A DNA stretch of 64,000 bases, taken from an uncultured Bacteroidaceae bacterium (GTDB lineage: Bacteria > Bacteroidota > Bacteroidia > Bacteroidales > GCA-2748055). A program made the position numbers and the translations under genes. This document shows positions 53,801 through 61,319 of this stretch, in pieces. Position 1 is the first letter of the stretch; every line of letters begins with the position of its first letter. Location: positions 716-64,715 of the forward strand of contig CAYOSB010000001.1 of the NCBI GenBank assembly GCA_964406495.1, read 5' to 3'. The notes beneath the pieces are model-generated. The model was not told where the DNA came from and searched no databases. It was given only the letters and a program-made list of their open reading frames with translations.

Positions 53801-55243
53801 ATGACCTTCACCTATGCCGGGGCACTGGAAAATGCACCCCCGTATGCAGATGCCGGAGTGCCGGTGGTGGTCCTGTTGCCCGATAATACAGCGACACTGG
53901 ATGGATCAGCCAGTTACGATCCCGAGGGCTCCGGATTGTCGTATCTGTGGGAACAGGTATATGGTCCGTCGGTCATCGACTTTTCGGATCCGGCGATGGC
54001 CTCGCCCGGAATTTCCAACCTGGAGGAAGGCATCTACAAATGCAGGCTCACCGTTGATGACGGTACTTACAGTGCCCACAGTTCGATACTGGTCATTGTA
54101 TCTGCTTCGGATAACCTGACACCTTCCGTGCTCATCACTGCTCCTGCGAACAATACATCCTATTACGAAGGATCATCTGTCACGATCAACGCTTCGGCAA
54201 CTGACCTGGACGGGGAGATCGTGCTGGTGGAATTCTTCGACGGAATTATCAAAATCGGGGAGGACCACGAGGCACCCTATATGCTGGAATGGAACAATTC
54301 AGGCATTGGTGTTCATGAACTTACCGCCAGGGCTACGGACGATGGAGGAGCCGTTGCCACCTCGGCACCTGTTGCCATCGAGATCGAACCTGCTCCCTCC
54401 TGCAGCGGGGGACCGGACAATGGGGATTACGCCTATGCATTCTCGGAAGACAAGAGCAACCCGATGCTCACCTTCATTCCCGGAGGCGGGAATGCAGGCA
54501 GTCCCACCTGTATCCTGTATTATGGAACCAGTGAACCCTTCCCGGGATATCCTGTAACACCGGGCGTGCCATTCAGGCTGAATGCCCAGGAAGGAACACT
54601 TATTCAGTTCTATTACACCTATTCCTTCAATGGAATGGAACGCAATACACGGGATGTGAAACACACCTATGTCATCGGCAGTTGTGTGGCTGACCAGGGA
54701 GAGGTGACCCTTTCGATTGCCCGCGATACCTTCAGCATTGAGGAGCACAGCGCAATTGGCACCTTGGTAGGCATACCGATCGTGGACTATTCGGGCACAG
54801 AAACGCTTTTCTTTTCTATTCTGAATGGCAATGACACGGGAGCGTTCGAAATCAACAATGCAAATGGTGCGCTTGAAGTTGCGGACGCCGGCATGCTGGA
54901 TTATGAAACCATGGAACGCTTTGTCCTGGAGATACAGGTTACTGACGGATCCATTACGGATGTTGCCGAGATTACTATTCTGCTGACTGATATAGAAGAG
55001 ACCGGGGTGGCATATAATGTGTTTCCACCCGGACTGAAGGTCTATCCGAACCCGTTCAGGGATCATTTGAACATCGCCTGGCCGGACCTTGAACGCGCTA
55101 CTGTTAAGGACCTGTCGGGTCGAAGGATCATCAGCGCTGAAAACCATGAACTTCACCTGGGAGATCTGAAGCCGGGGGTATATATCCTGCAGCTCTCCGG
55201 GAAAAACAACCAGCACTACCAGGTAAGAATCATCAAACAGTAG
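50834..55243 (+). CDS. Glycoside hydrolase family 81 endo-beta-1,3-glucanase with Ig-like, CBM6-like, PKD-like, unknown, cadherin-like modules and T9SS sorting domain
   Basis: GH81 signature INDHHFHWGYFIHAAAF (about nt 52155-52205) and NDQESTSESMQF (about nt 52375-52410). CBM6-like segment GWIASGEWLEYTVV. Cadherin-like segment LDYETMERFVLEIQVTDG. The C-terminus is KVYPNPFRDHLNI...GVYILQL. Confidence 0.85.
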   Translation: MARFLVLALIASLMLLLPDQLLIAQFVDVGSGSYTTSFPGVDAANRNTYPSGTPQLSGNAVGKPVPTNDWWSLLIKNDHAGNLFNYPMALKTTNPGLVVSYIPWGVYDDQEPVIVGVSGLNAGKTTVADYSDWTVTMDWNDGTRHFQATSGIAMPFLYFEKGESDVARVQVQLGTVTVNNEMIIVENARNGADFVVYAPAGSVWSQSGNTYTSSLNGKNYWSMAMLPQSATNMAAIAAEYKKYAFVFPVNTTTSWSYDEATAVMQTSFQVETEVKEGAGTNILQGLLPHQWANLAPDAPQPGGYSYGSVRGEIKMLDGNSFSVENRFRGILPTLPYLAYYSDGFSPAELNNKIGQLENDGLSTWTDSYNEGQVMNRLIQAARIADLTGDTDARDKIITTIKTRLEDWLTAEASEVAFLFYYNSTWSTLIGYPAGHGQDGNINDHHFHWGYFIHAAAFMEQFEPGWAEQWGEMVNLLVRDAATSARNDSKFPFLRNFSPYAGHCWANGFATFPQGNDQESTSESMQFNSALIHWGSVTGNDTIRDLGIYLYTTEQTAIEEYWLDIYERNFSASQQYSLVSRVWGNSYDNGTFWTADIAASYGIEMYPIHGGSLYLGHHTDYAQKLWDEIAANTGILQNEANPNLWHDVMWKYLAFIDPQAAIDLYDSYPDRSLKFGISDAQTYYWLHAMNALGTVRSDLTADCPVAAAFLKEGTTTYVAHNYSDQAIMVTYSDGTTLEVPAGQMVTSRDLAISGHLAADFQQAYPGGSVRLSLETEGETPDKVAFYDGTNLVGTVNAAPYTIEAGNLSPGVHGMYARIYLGEEYMISNQVSIQVGEQVPYGELPTALPGTIETGLYDKFEGGNGQGISYVDMSPANEGEFRPGEYVDAVADPVEGAIVGWIASGEWLEYTVVVETAGVYDLSFRYASGNENGGGPFHFEIDGRRISPDIPVSTTSYWDSWSAKTAEGIELNKGVQVLRLVFTGGEFNLGRMTFTYAGALENAPPYADAGVPVVVLLPDNTATLDGSASYDPEGSGLSYLWEQVYGPSVIDFSDPAMASPGISNLEEGIYKCRLTVDDGTYSAHSSILVIVSASDNLTPSVLITAPANNTSYYEGSSVTINASATDLDGEIVLVEFFDGIIKIGEDHEAPYMLEWNNSGIGVHELTARATDDGGAVATSAPVAIEIEPAPSCSGGPDNGDYAYAFSEDKSNPMLTFIPGGGNAGSPTCILYYGTSEPFPGYPVTPGVPFRLNAQEGTLIQFYYTYSFNGMERNTRDVKHTYVIGSCVADQGEVTLSIARDTFSIEEHSAIGTLVGIPIVDYSGTETLFFSILNGNDTGAFEINNANGALEVADAGMLDYETMERFVLEIQVTDGSITDVAEITILLTDIEETGVAYNVFPPGLKVYPNPFRDHLNIAWPDLERATVKDLSGRRIISAENHELHLGDLKPGVYILQLSGKNNQHYQVRIIKQ

Positions 55244-55353
55244 TAGCCGGGGAAGTACATCAGCGCATGAAAAGCATACAAGGATTCGCAGGAAATGAAG
55301 TGAATTGTTATTCATAGGTATTTGGACTATTTTAGCTGCAAATAAAAATCAGA

Positions 55354-56145
55354 ATGAGAATCAGATTATTACTGCTTTCCATCCTGTTGGTCGGGGCCGG
55401 GAGCCTTGCTGCGCAGACAGGATTCAGGGTCATCGATGACGTCTCGTATAAAAGTGGTGACGCATATACGGAAGAACGCTGCCTGCTGGATATCAGGACC
55501 CCTGAAAAACAGGGCACTTACCCGGTGGTCGTCTGGTTTCACGGGGGCGGTCTCACGGGAGGTAATAAATATTTTCCTGGTGCCCTCCTTGAAGACGAGA
55601 TAATAATTGTGGCACCCAACTACAGGCTCTCCCCAAAAGTAGAGGTTGTCGATTGTATTGACGATGCCGCCGCAGCAGTCGCATGGGTTTTTCAAAATAT
55701 CCCCGATTACTGGGGCGACCCTGAAAAAGTGATCATTGCCGGGCACTCTGCAGGTGGTTACCTGACCTCCATGATTGGCCTGGACAAGCATTGGCTAGCA
55801 AAATATGACGTGGATGCAGATGACATCGCAGCACTTTTTCCCTTCAGCGGACATACCATTACCCATTTTACTGTACGCAAAGAGCGTGGTATTGATGGCA
55901 AGCAGCCGGTTGTGGACGAGATGGCTCCGCTCTACCATGTGCGCAAGGATGCACCGCCCTTGTATCTGCTGACAGGCGACCGGGAGCTGGAAATGCTGGG
56001 CAGGTACGAAGAAAATGCCTACATGTGGCGCATGATGCAGGTTGCCGGTCACAAACAAACCTACCTGTTCGAATTCGACGGTCATGGCCACGGCCCAATG
56101 GTTGCTCCCGGATGCCACGTGCTTTTGAAATATATATTTAAATAG
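55354..56145 (+). CDS. Secreted alpha/beta-hydrolase (carboxylesterase/lipase-type)
   Basis: Signal peptide MRIRLLLLSILLVGAGSLAAQ. Oxyanion-hole motif VWFHGGGLTGG and nucleophile elbow GHSAGG. Late His in GHGHG. Confidence 0.75.
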   Translation: MRIRLLLLSILLVGAGSLAAQTGFRVIDDVSYKSGDAYTEERCLLDIRTPEKQGTYPVVVWFHGGGLTGGNKYFPGALLEDEIIIVAPNYRLSPKVEVVDCIDDAAAAVAWVFQNIPDYWGDPEKVIIAGHSAGGYLTSMIGLDKHWLAKYDVDADDIAALFPFSGHTITHFTVRKERGIDGKQPVVDEMAPLYHVRKDAPPLYLLTGDRELEMLGRYEENAYMWRMMQVAGHKQTYLFEFDGHGHGPMVAPGCHVLLKYIFK

Positions 56146-56205
56146 ATATATTAATATAAAGCTAAATATATATTTAAATATATATATTTTTAATGCGCTA
56201 AATAT
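56129..56205. repeat. AT-rich spacer with direct repeats (17-nt AAATATATATTTAAATA x2; GCTAAATAT x2)
   Basis: AAATATATATTTAAATA occurs at 56129-56145, where it forms the last codons and most of the stop of the esterase gene, and again at 56164-56180. GCTAAATAT occurs at 56161-56169 and 56197-56205. Confidence 0.7.
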
Positions 56206-56312
56206 CAGGTTGTTGGTGCGGGCATACTCATCCGCGGCATCGTCTTTCTTCCCTGAGCCGAGGTGTTTTAATAAATCATGTGTATCTTCGGGAGTTCCAT
56301 ACTGACTGATAC

Positions 56313-58520
56313 ATGTTACTGCCAGGATTTATTCAAAGATGGGTCATTTCCATTCGCGGATTGATCATTTCCTCTGTATTCATGCTGTTTACTTCCCAGG
56401 TTGCAGCGGGACAGGCCGATGTGCGCGCGGTTCGTTTTGATCAATCCATAAAGCCCGATGGCCTGGTGAACGAAGCAGGCTGGAATGAGGCTCCACCCGT
56501 CACACAATTTTACCAGCGTGAACCTGTTCCCGGTAAGCCGGCTTCAGTCAGAACAGAGGTGCGGTTCGGATTTGATGAAGCGAACCTGTACATCGGGTTC
56601 AAATGTTATTCTGACCCGGATAACATTACCGCGAAAGAGATGGCTCGTGATGTGAGCCTGTTATACGACGACCGTGTACAGGTGATCCTGGACACCTACC
56701 TGGACCAGCGGAATGCCTACTGGTTCCAGGTCGGTCCAAGGGGTTCCATAGGCGATGCCATTATCAGCGAAAATGGTGCTGCGTTTAACAAGGCCTGGGA
56801 TGGTCTCTGGACCGGCAAAGCGCAAATCACCGGGGAAGGTTGGGAAGCCGAGTTGGCGATTCCTTTCAAGACCCTCAACTTCGATCCCCAAAAATCTACC
56901 TGGGGACTGAAACTGATACGCTACCAGAAATCAAATGAAGAGACCATCTACTGGCCTGTGGCCAATATCAACACCCATAAATTCCAGGTTTCAGATGCAG
57001 GGAAATTGTACGGACTGGAAGGGATCACACAGGGGATTGGTCTTGACCTCGTACCCTATGGCCTGGGAGGATTTGATTACATTCGCAATGAAACCGGGAT
57101 CACCCGGGTACTCGACGCAGGTTTCGAGGCATACTACAATATTTCATCCGGCCTCAAGGCAGCCCTTACTGTCAATACCGATTTTGCCCAGACCGAGGTG
57201 GACCAGCAGGAGATCAACCTGACGCGTTTCAGCCTCTTTTATCCTGAAAAGCGAGACTTTTTCCTGGATGGAGCCAACTATTTTAATTTTGGCATCAATG
57301 GTGACCGGGAAAATGAATGGAACACCAGGATGATCCCGTTTTTCTCACGGAGGATCGGGTTGGACCAGGAAGGAAACCCGATCCCTGTGCAATACGGGGG
57401 AAAGGTAACAGGGCAGGCAGGTAACTGGAATATCGGGGCCATGTACATGAAGGATCTGCGGAATGGATGGTCCAACGGCCATTTTGCTGTCACGAGACTC
57501 ACCAGGAACATCGGTGAGCAATCACAGGCAGGCTTCATTTCCACTTACGGTAACGCACTGTACGACACCTCAAATTTTGTGCTCGGTTTCGATATGAAAC
57601 TGGCAACCTCAACCTTCAGGGGCGATAAAAACCTGTCGTTTGTGATGTACGGCCTCAAATCGGTAACAGGAAACACCTATTCTGAACAGGAAACATCCGG
57701 ACGCGACCTCTCCTTCGGAGCCGAACTGGTCTACCCGAATGACATCCTCTCCTTCAGGTTAGGACACATGCAGATCCAGGAAAATTTCATTGCCGGGATC
57801 GGATTTGTTCCACGACCCGGAGTCAGGCAAACCTACGGGGAACTTCACCTGGGGTACCGCCCGGAGAAATGGGGCATTCTCCAGGCCCTTGCAGGGGGTG
57901 GAATGGACCACATCACCGACTTTGACAATGAACTGCTGACGCGCGAGTGGTACATCATGCCACTGAAGCTCCGGTTGCAATCCGGAGATGAATTCCAGTA
58001 TACATTCACTTCCTCGTATGAATACCTGGACACGCCATTCGACCTGTACCTTTACCATACGGTTCATCCGGGCACTTATACCTTCCGGTACCAAACGGTT
58101 TCCTTTGCCTCCACCCAGCGAAGAAAAGCATGGGGATCGGCAGACTACCGTTTCGGGGGATTCTTCAATGGAACCCGGAACGAGATCAGGCTGAAGGCCG
58201 GGACCCAGGTAATGGTGCCCCTGCTCCTGGGTGGCGAGGTGATCAGAAACAATATTGTCCTGAATGAAAGCAGTTTTATCGCAACCATCTACCGGCTGAA
58301 CCTGAACATTCTTTTCAGCCCGGACATCACCCTCTACAGTTTCATCCAGTATGACAGCCAATCCAACAAAATGGGCTGGCAATCCCGCTTCCAGTGGATC
58401 CTTCAACCCGGACGCGAGATCTTCCTGGTATGGAACAGCATCGCCAATGATCCGTTTGAAAGGTACCAGATGGAAGAGGCCGGTGCCAGGTTGAAGTTGA
58501 AGTATACCGTGAGGTTTTGA
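56313..58520 (+). CDS. CBM9/DOMON-like N-terminal domain fused to large predicted beta-barrel (DUF5916-like outer-membrane protein)
   Basis: Signal peptide ...VFMLFTSQVAAGQA. The N-terminal about 190 aa are CBM9-like (DGLVNEAGW...FYQREP...LYIGFKCY...WEAELAIPFKTL). The rest has an alternating beta-strand pattern and ends KLKYTVRF (aromatic C-terminus). The label is from memory. Confidence 0.6.
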   Translation: MLLPGFIQRWVISIRGLIISSVFMLFTSQVAAGQADVRAVRFDQSIKPDGLVNEAGWNEAPPVTQFYQREPVPGKPASVRTEVRFGFDEANLYIGFKCYSDPDNITAKEMARDVSLLYDDRVQVILDTYLDQRNAYWFQVGPRGSIGDAIISENGAAFNKAWDGLWTGKAQITGEGWEAELAIPFKTLNFDPQKSTWGLKLIRYQKSNEETIYWPVANINTHKFQVSDAGKLYGLEGITQGIGLDLVPYGLGGFDYIRNETGITRVLDAGFEAYYNISSGLKAALTVNTDFAQTEVDQQEINLTRFSLFYPEKRDFFLDGANYFNFGINGDRENEWNTRMIPFFSRRIGLDQEGNPIPVQYGGKVTGQAGNWNIGAMYMKDLRNGWSNGHFAVTRLTRNIGEQSQAGFISTYGNALYDTSNFVLGFDMKLATSTFRGDKNLSFVMYGLKSVTGNTYSEQETSGRDLSFGAELVYPNDILSFRLGHMQIQENFIAGIGFVPRPGVRQTYGELHLGYRPEKWGILQALAGGGMDHITDFDNELLTREWYIMPLKLRLQSGDEFQYTFTSSYEYLDTPFDLYLYHTVHPGTYTFRYQTVSFASTQRRKAWGSADYRFGGFFNGTRNEIRLKAGTQVMVPLLLGGEVIRNNIVLNESSFIATIYRLNLNILFSPDITLYSFIQYDSQSNKMGWQSRFQWILQPGREIFLVWNSIANDPFERYQMEEAGARLKLKYTVRF

Positions 58521-58521
58521 C

Positions 58522-60981
58522 CTACTCATAATGCAAGGCCATCGCCGGATCCATTCGTGCACTTTTCAGGGCAGTGAGGGAAACCGTAATCAGGGCAATG
58601 ACCATGGCCAGCAGTGCCGCCAGCAGGTAAAGAAACGGTTGGAAACCGATATTATATGGAAATCCGTTCAGCCAGTCGTTGGTCATGTACCATGCCAGCG
58701 GCCAGGCAATAAGGATCGCAAGGACCAGTGACAGCAGGATATTCCTTGCCAACAGTCCCAGGATACTGCTTTCTGTGGCACCCATGACCTTCCTGATGCC
58801 GATCTCCCTGGTACGTTTTTGTGTATTGTAGAGTGTCATACCAAACAATCCCAGGCTGGCAATGAATACAGACAGGATCGAAAAAATCAATGTAATGATA
58901 CCTGTCCGCCGCTCCTCGGCATAAAACTCCCTGTAGAACTCGTCGAGGAAGATATATTGAAAAGGCTGTTTCTCTGTAAAGTCATTCCAGGTCTTCTCCA
59001 TGTGCTCCAGTGCCAGGCGGTTATGTTCCTCACCAGGTTTGGTCCTGATATTTAAATAGCCTACCCAGTCCCAGTTATTCCGCTTCAGGAATACGATCAT
59101 CGGGGCAATCTCCGATTTTACCGAACTGTAATGTACATCTTTCATTACGCCGATGACCCGCAATTCTAGGAAATTACCATTTTCACCCTGGGGCCACTGG
59201 ACATGCGTATTCAGGGGATCCTCGAGCATGAATTTACGTACAGCTGCCTCGTTGATCAGGCAGGCAGTAGAATCGCTTCCGAACGCCTTCGATAAGAACC
59301 TGCTTTCGGGTGTAGCCAGTTCCAGCTGGTATGTTTTAAGAAAATCGTAATCGGTCCAGAAAGTGTTGAACAGGAAGGATTCTGTATCCTCCTTTTCCTT
59401 GATCTTATACCCGTTATTGTTATTGGGAGCTCCCAGGAATGCTGTTGAATTAGAGACTGCCTCAATGCTGGAATGCTTCATCAGCTCAGCCTTGAATGTT
59501 TCTATCTTATCGTTTCCAAGCGGATAGACCCGGTCCATGATGATCATGTTCTCCTGGCTGAACCCAATGTCCTTATTCATCATGTACCTGAATTGCCAGA
59601 AGATCACCAGTGTTCCCACTACAATGACCACAGAAATCGTGAATTGAAGAATCACAAGGGCAGAACGCAATCTTCCCGTCCCGTTACTGGTGGTTGCCTT
59701 TCCTTTTAACGCCTGGATGGGTTTGAATGAAGCAAGCACGAATGCCGGGTAGATTCCGCTTAAAGTGCCGAGCAAGACCGTAAGGATCAGGATCGTGGGA
59801 AACATGTACCACTTAAAAACATCCGCCACCTGGAGCGTTAGACCGGTAATATTATTGAATTGGGGAAGCAGCAGGATGACGAATATGAGTGCGAAAATCA
59901 TCGAAATAACACTCAGGAATATGCTTTCGGCCAGGAATTGCCTGATCAGGTCTTTCCGGCTGGAACCCACCACTTTTCTTAAACTCACCTCCTTGGCGCG
60001 GCTGATGGAACGGGCCGTGGAAAGGTTCATAAAATTGATGGAGGCGACAATAAGAATGAAAAAAGCGATCACCCCGAAGATATACAGGTAGGTTTTGTTC
60101 CCGATAGGCCGGTAAATATTGTCCCTGGGCAGGGAAATTTCCGGATTAAGGTGAATATCATATAAATGCTGTAGTTTCAGTCCGTATTTATCCCCGGAAG
60201 CCTCAAACTCCTCCACGGTAATCCCCATGAATTGCTCCAGCATCGGGCGGATATGGGTGAGCAGAGAGGCATTGATCTTATCCTCGGTCACCTGCGGATC
60301 AGCATGTTCATCAATTACAAAATAGGTAAACATGTTGTTGTTGAAGAAGCTGGGATTCCTACTGCTTTCCCTGGTGCAATAGGAGATAATGAAATCGTAG
60401 AAAAAATGGGAATGCTTCGGGGCAGCCTTTACAATGCCGGTGACTGTATAGATCTCTTCATCATCATCGACGTAAATAGATTTCCCTATGGGATTTTGCC
60501 CCTTAAAATAACGTGCTGCTTTTTCTTCCGTGAGGAGGATCGAATACGGCTCTTTGAGACAGGTTTCAGGGTCCCCTTCCACCAACTCAATGGAGAACAC
60601 ATCAAAAAAGGTGGAATCGGCATATAAAATATGGTCCTCGAGTTGTTTCTCTGCCGGATCCGTCCACACAAGATCATTTCCACTGGCATCAAACCTGCAA
60701 AACTTGATGATCTCCGGCACATCCTCGTAAAAGGTCGGACCAAAAGCCGCGCTGTTCCACGCTCCCTTGAGCTCCTCACCACCAATCCTTCCCTCAAGGT
60801 ACAACCGGTACATTTGCTTCCCCTGGGCATGAAACCGGTCGTAATTGACCTCGTTGATGATGTACAGGATAATAAAAATGGAGCTTGCCAGTCCAATGGC
60901 GAGTCCTGAAATATTGATCAGGTTAAAGGCCTTGTTTCTCCGGAGATTGCGAACAGCAACTTTGATAAAACTTCTAAACAT
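58522..60981 (-). CDS. ABC-transporter permease, FtsX/MacB-like with two FtsX domains
   Basis: N-terminus MFRSFIKVAVRNLRRNKAFNLINISGLAIGLA is typical of this Bacteroidota family. There are two 4-TM blocks, each preceded by a large extracytoplasmic domain, and two IGIRKV/SLRKV loops. Confidence 0.85.
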   Translation of the reverse strand: MFRSFIKVAVRNLRRNKAFNLINISGLAIGLASSIFIILYIINEVNYDRFHAQGKQMYRLYLEGRIGGEELKGAWNSAAFGPTFYEDVPEIIKFCRFDASGNDLVWTDPAEKQLEDHILYADSTFFDVFSIELVEGDPETCLKEPYSILLTEEKAARYFKGQNPIGKSIYVDDDEEIYTVTGIVKAAPKHSHFFYDFIISYCTRESSRNPSFFNNNMFTYFVIDEHADPQVTEDKINASLLTHIRPMLEQFMGITVEEFEASGDKYGLKLQHLYDIHLNPEISLPRDNIYRPIGNKTYLYIFGVIAFFILIVASINFMNLSTARSISRAKEVSLRKVVGSSRKDLIRQFLAESIFLSVISMIFALIFVILLLPQFNNITGLTLQVADVFKWYMFPTILILTVLLGTLSGIYPAFVLASFKPIQALKGKATTSNGTGRLRSALVILQFTISVVIVVGTLVIFWQFRYMMNKDIGFSQENMIIMDRVYPLGNDKIETFKAELMKHSSIEAVSNSTAFLGAPNNNNGYKIKEKEDTESFLFNTFWTDYDFLKTYQLELATPESRFLSKAFGSDSTACLINEAAVRKFMLEDPLNTHVQWPQGENGNFLELRVIGVMKDVHYSSVKSEIAPMIVFLKRNNWDWVGYLNIRTKPGEEHNRLALEHMEKTWNDFTEKQPFQYIFLDEFYREFYAEERRTGIITLIFSILSVFIASLGLFGMTLYNTQKRTREIGIRKVMGATESSILGLLARNILLSLVLAILIAWPLAWYMTNDWLNGFPYNIGFQPFLYLLAALLAMVIALITVSLTALKSARMDPAMALHYE

Positions 60982-61319
60982 AACTGGTGTTGGATTTATT
61001 TACTGTGTATTGTTTTTACACAGATTATGCCATAGGTTTTATCTGTTTGACTTTCTGTTGCTTAAAAAGTTACAGTAAAATCCGAATTAGTACGGAAAAG
61101 TGCAGTGAGTGTACGTAATCGGACACATGATCCGGTTTCTGACACCTGGAACCTTCAGCAAAATGATAAGCAATAGTGCCGAGGCGAAAAGACAGGCTGG
61201 AACCCAGTAGATGGGTGTAGATCGGGGAACAAAAAGATGGACGAAAACCCAATAGAAAATTCAGAACGTCATACTTCTTTCTACGAGGAAGCGGTTGCCA
61301 TTAGTTTGCCTACGACAGA

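Noticed and set aside
54299-55315. 338-aa minus-strand ORF overlapping the 3' part of the GH81 gene
   Set aside because: It is antisense to clearly domain-structured coding sequence (cadherin-like and CTD), has no motifs, and is Arg/Gly/Ile-rich as expected from reverse-frame translation.
57759-58562. 267-aa minus-strand ORF overlapping the CBM9-like/barrel gene
   Set aside because: A shadow ORF antisense to a long coherent CDS, with no recognisable domain.
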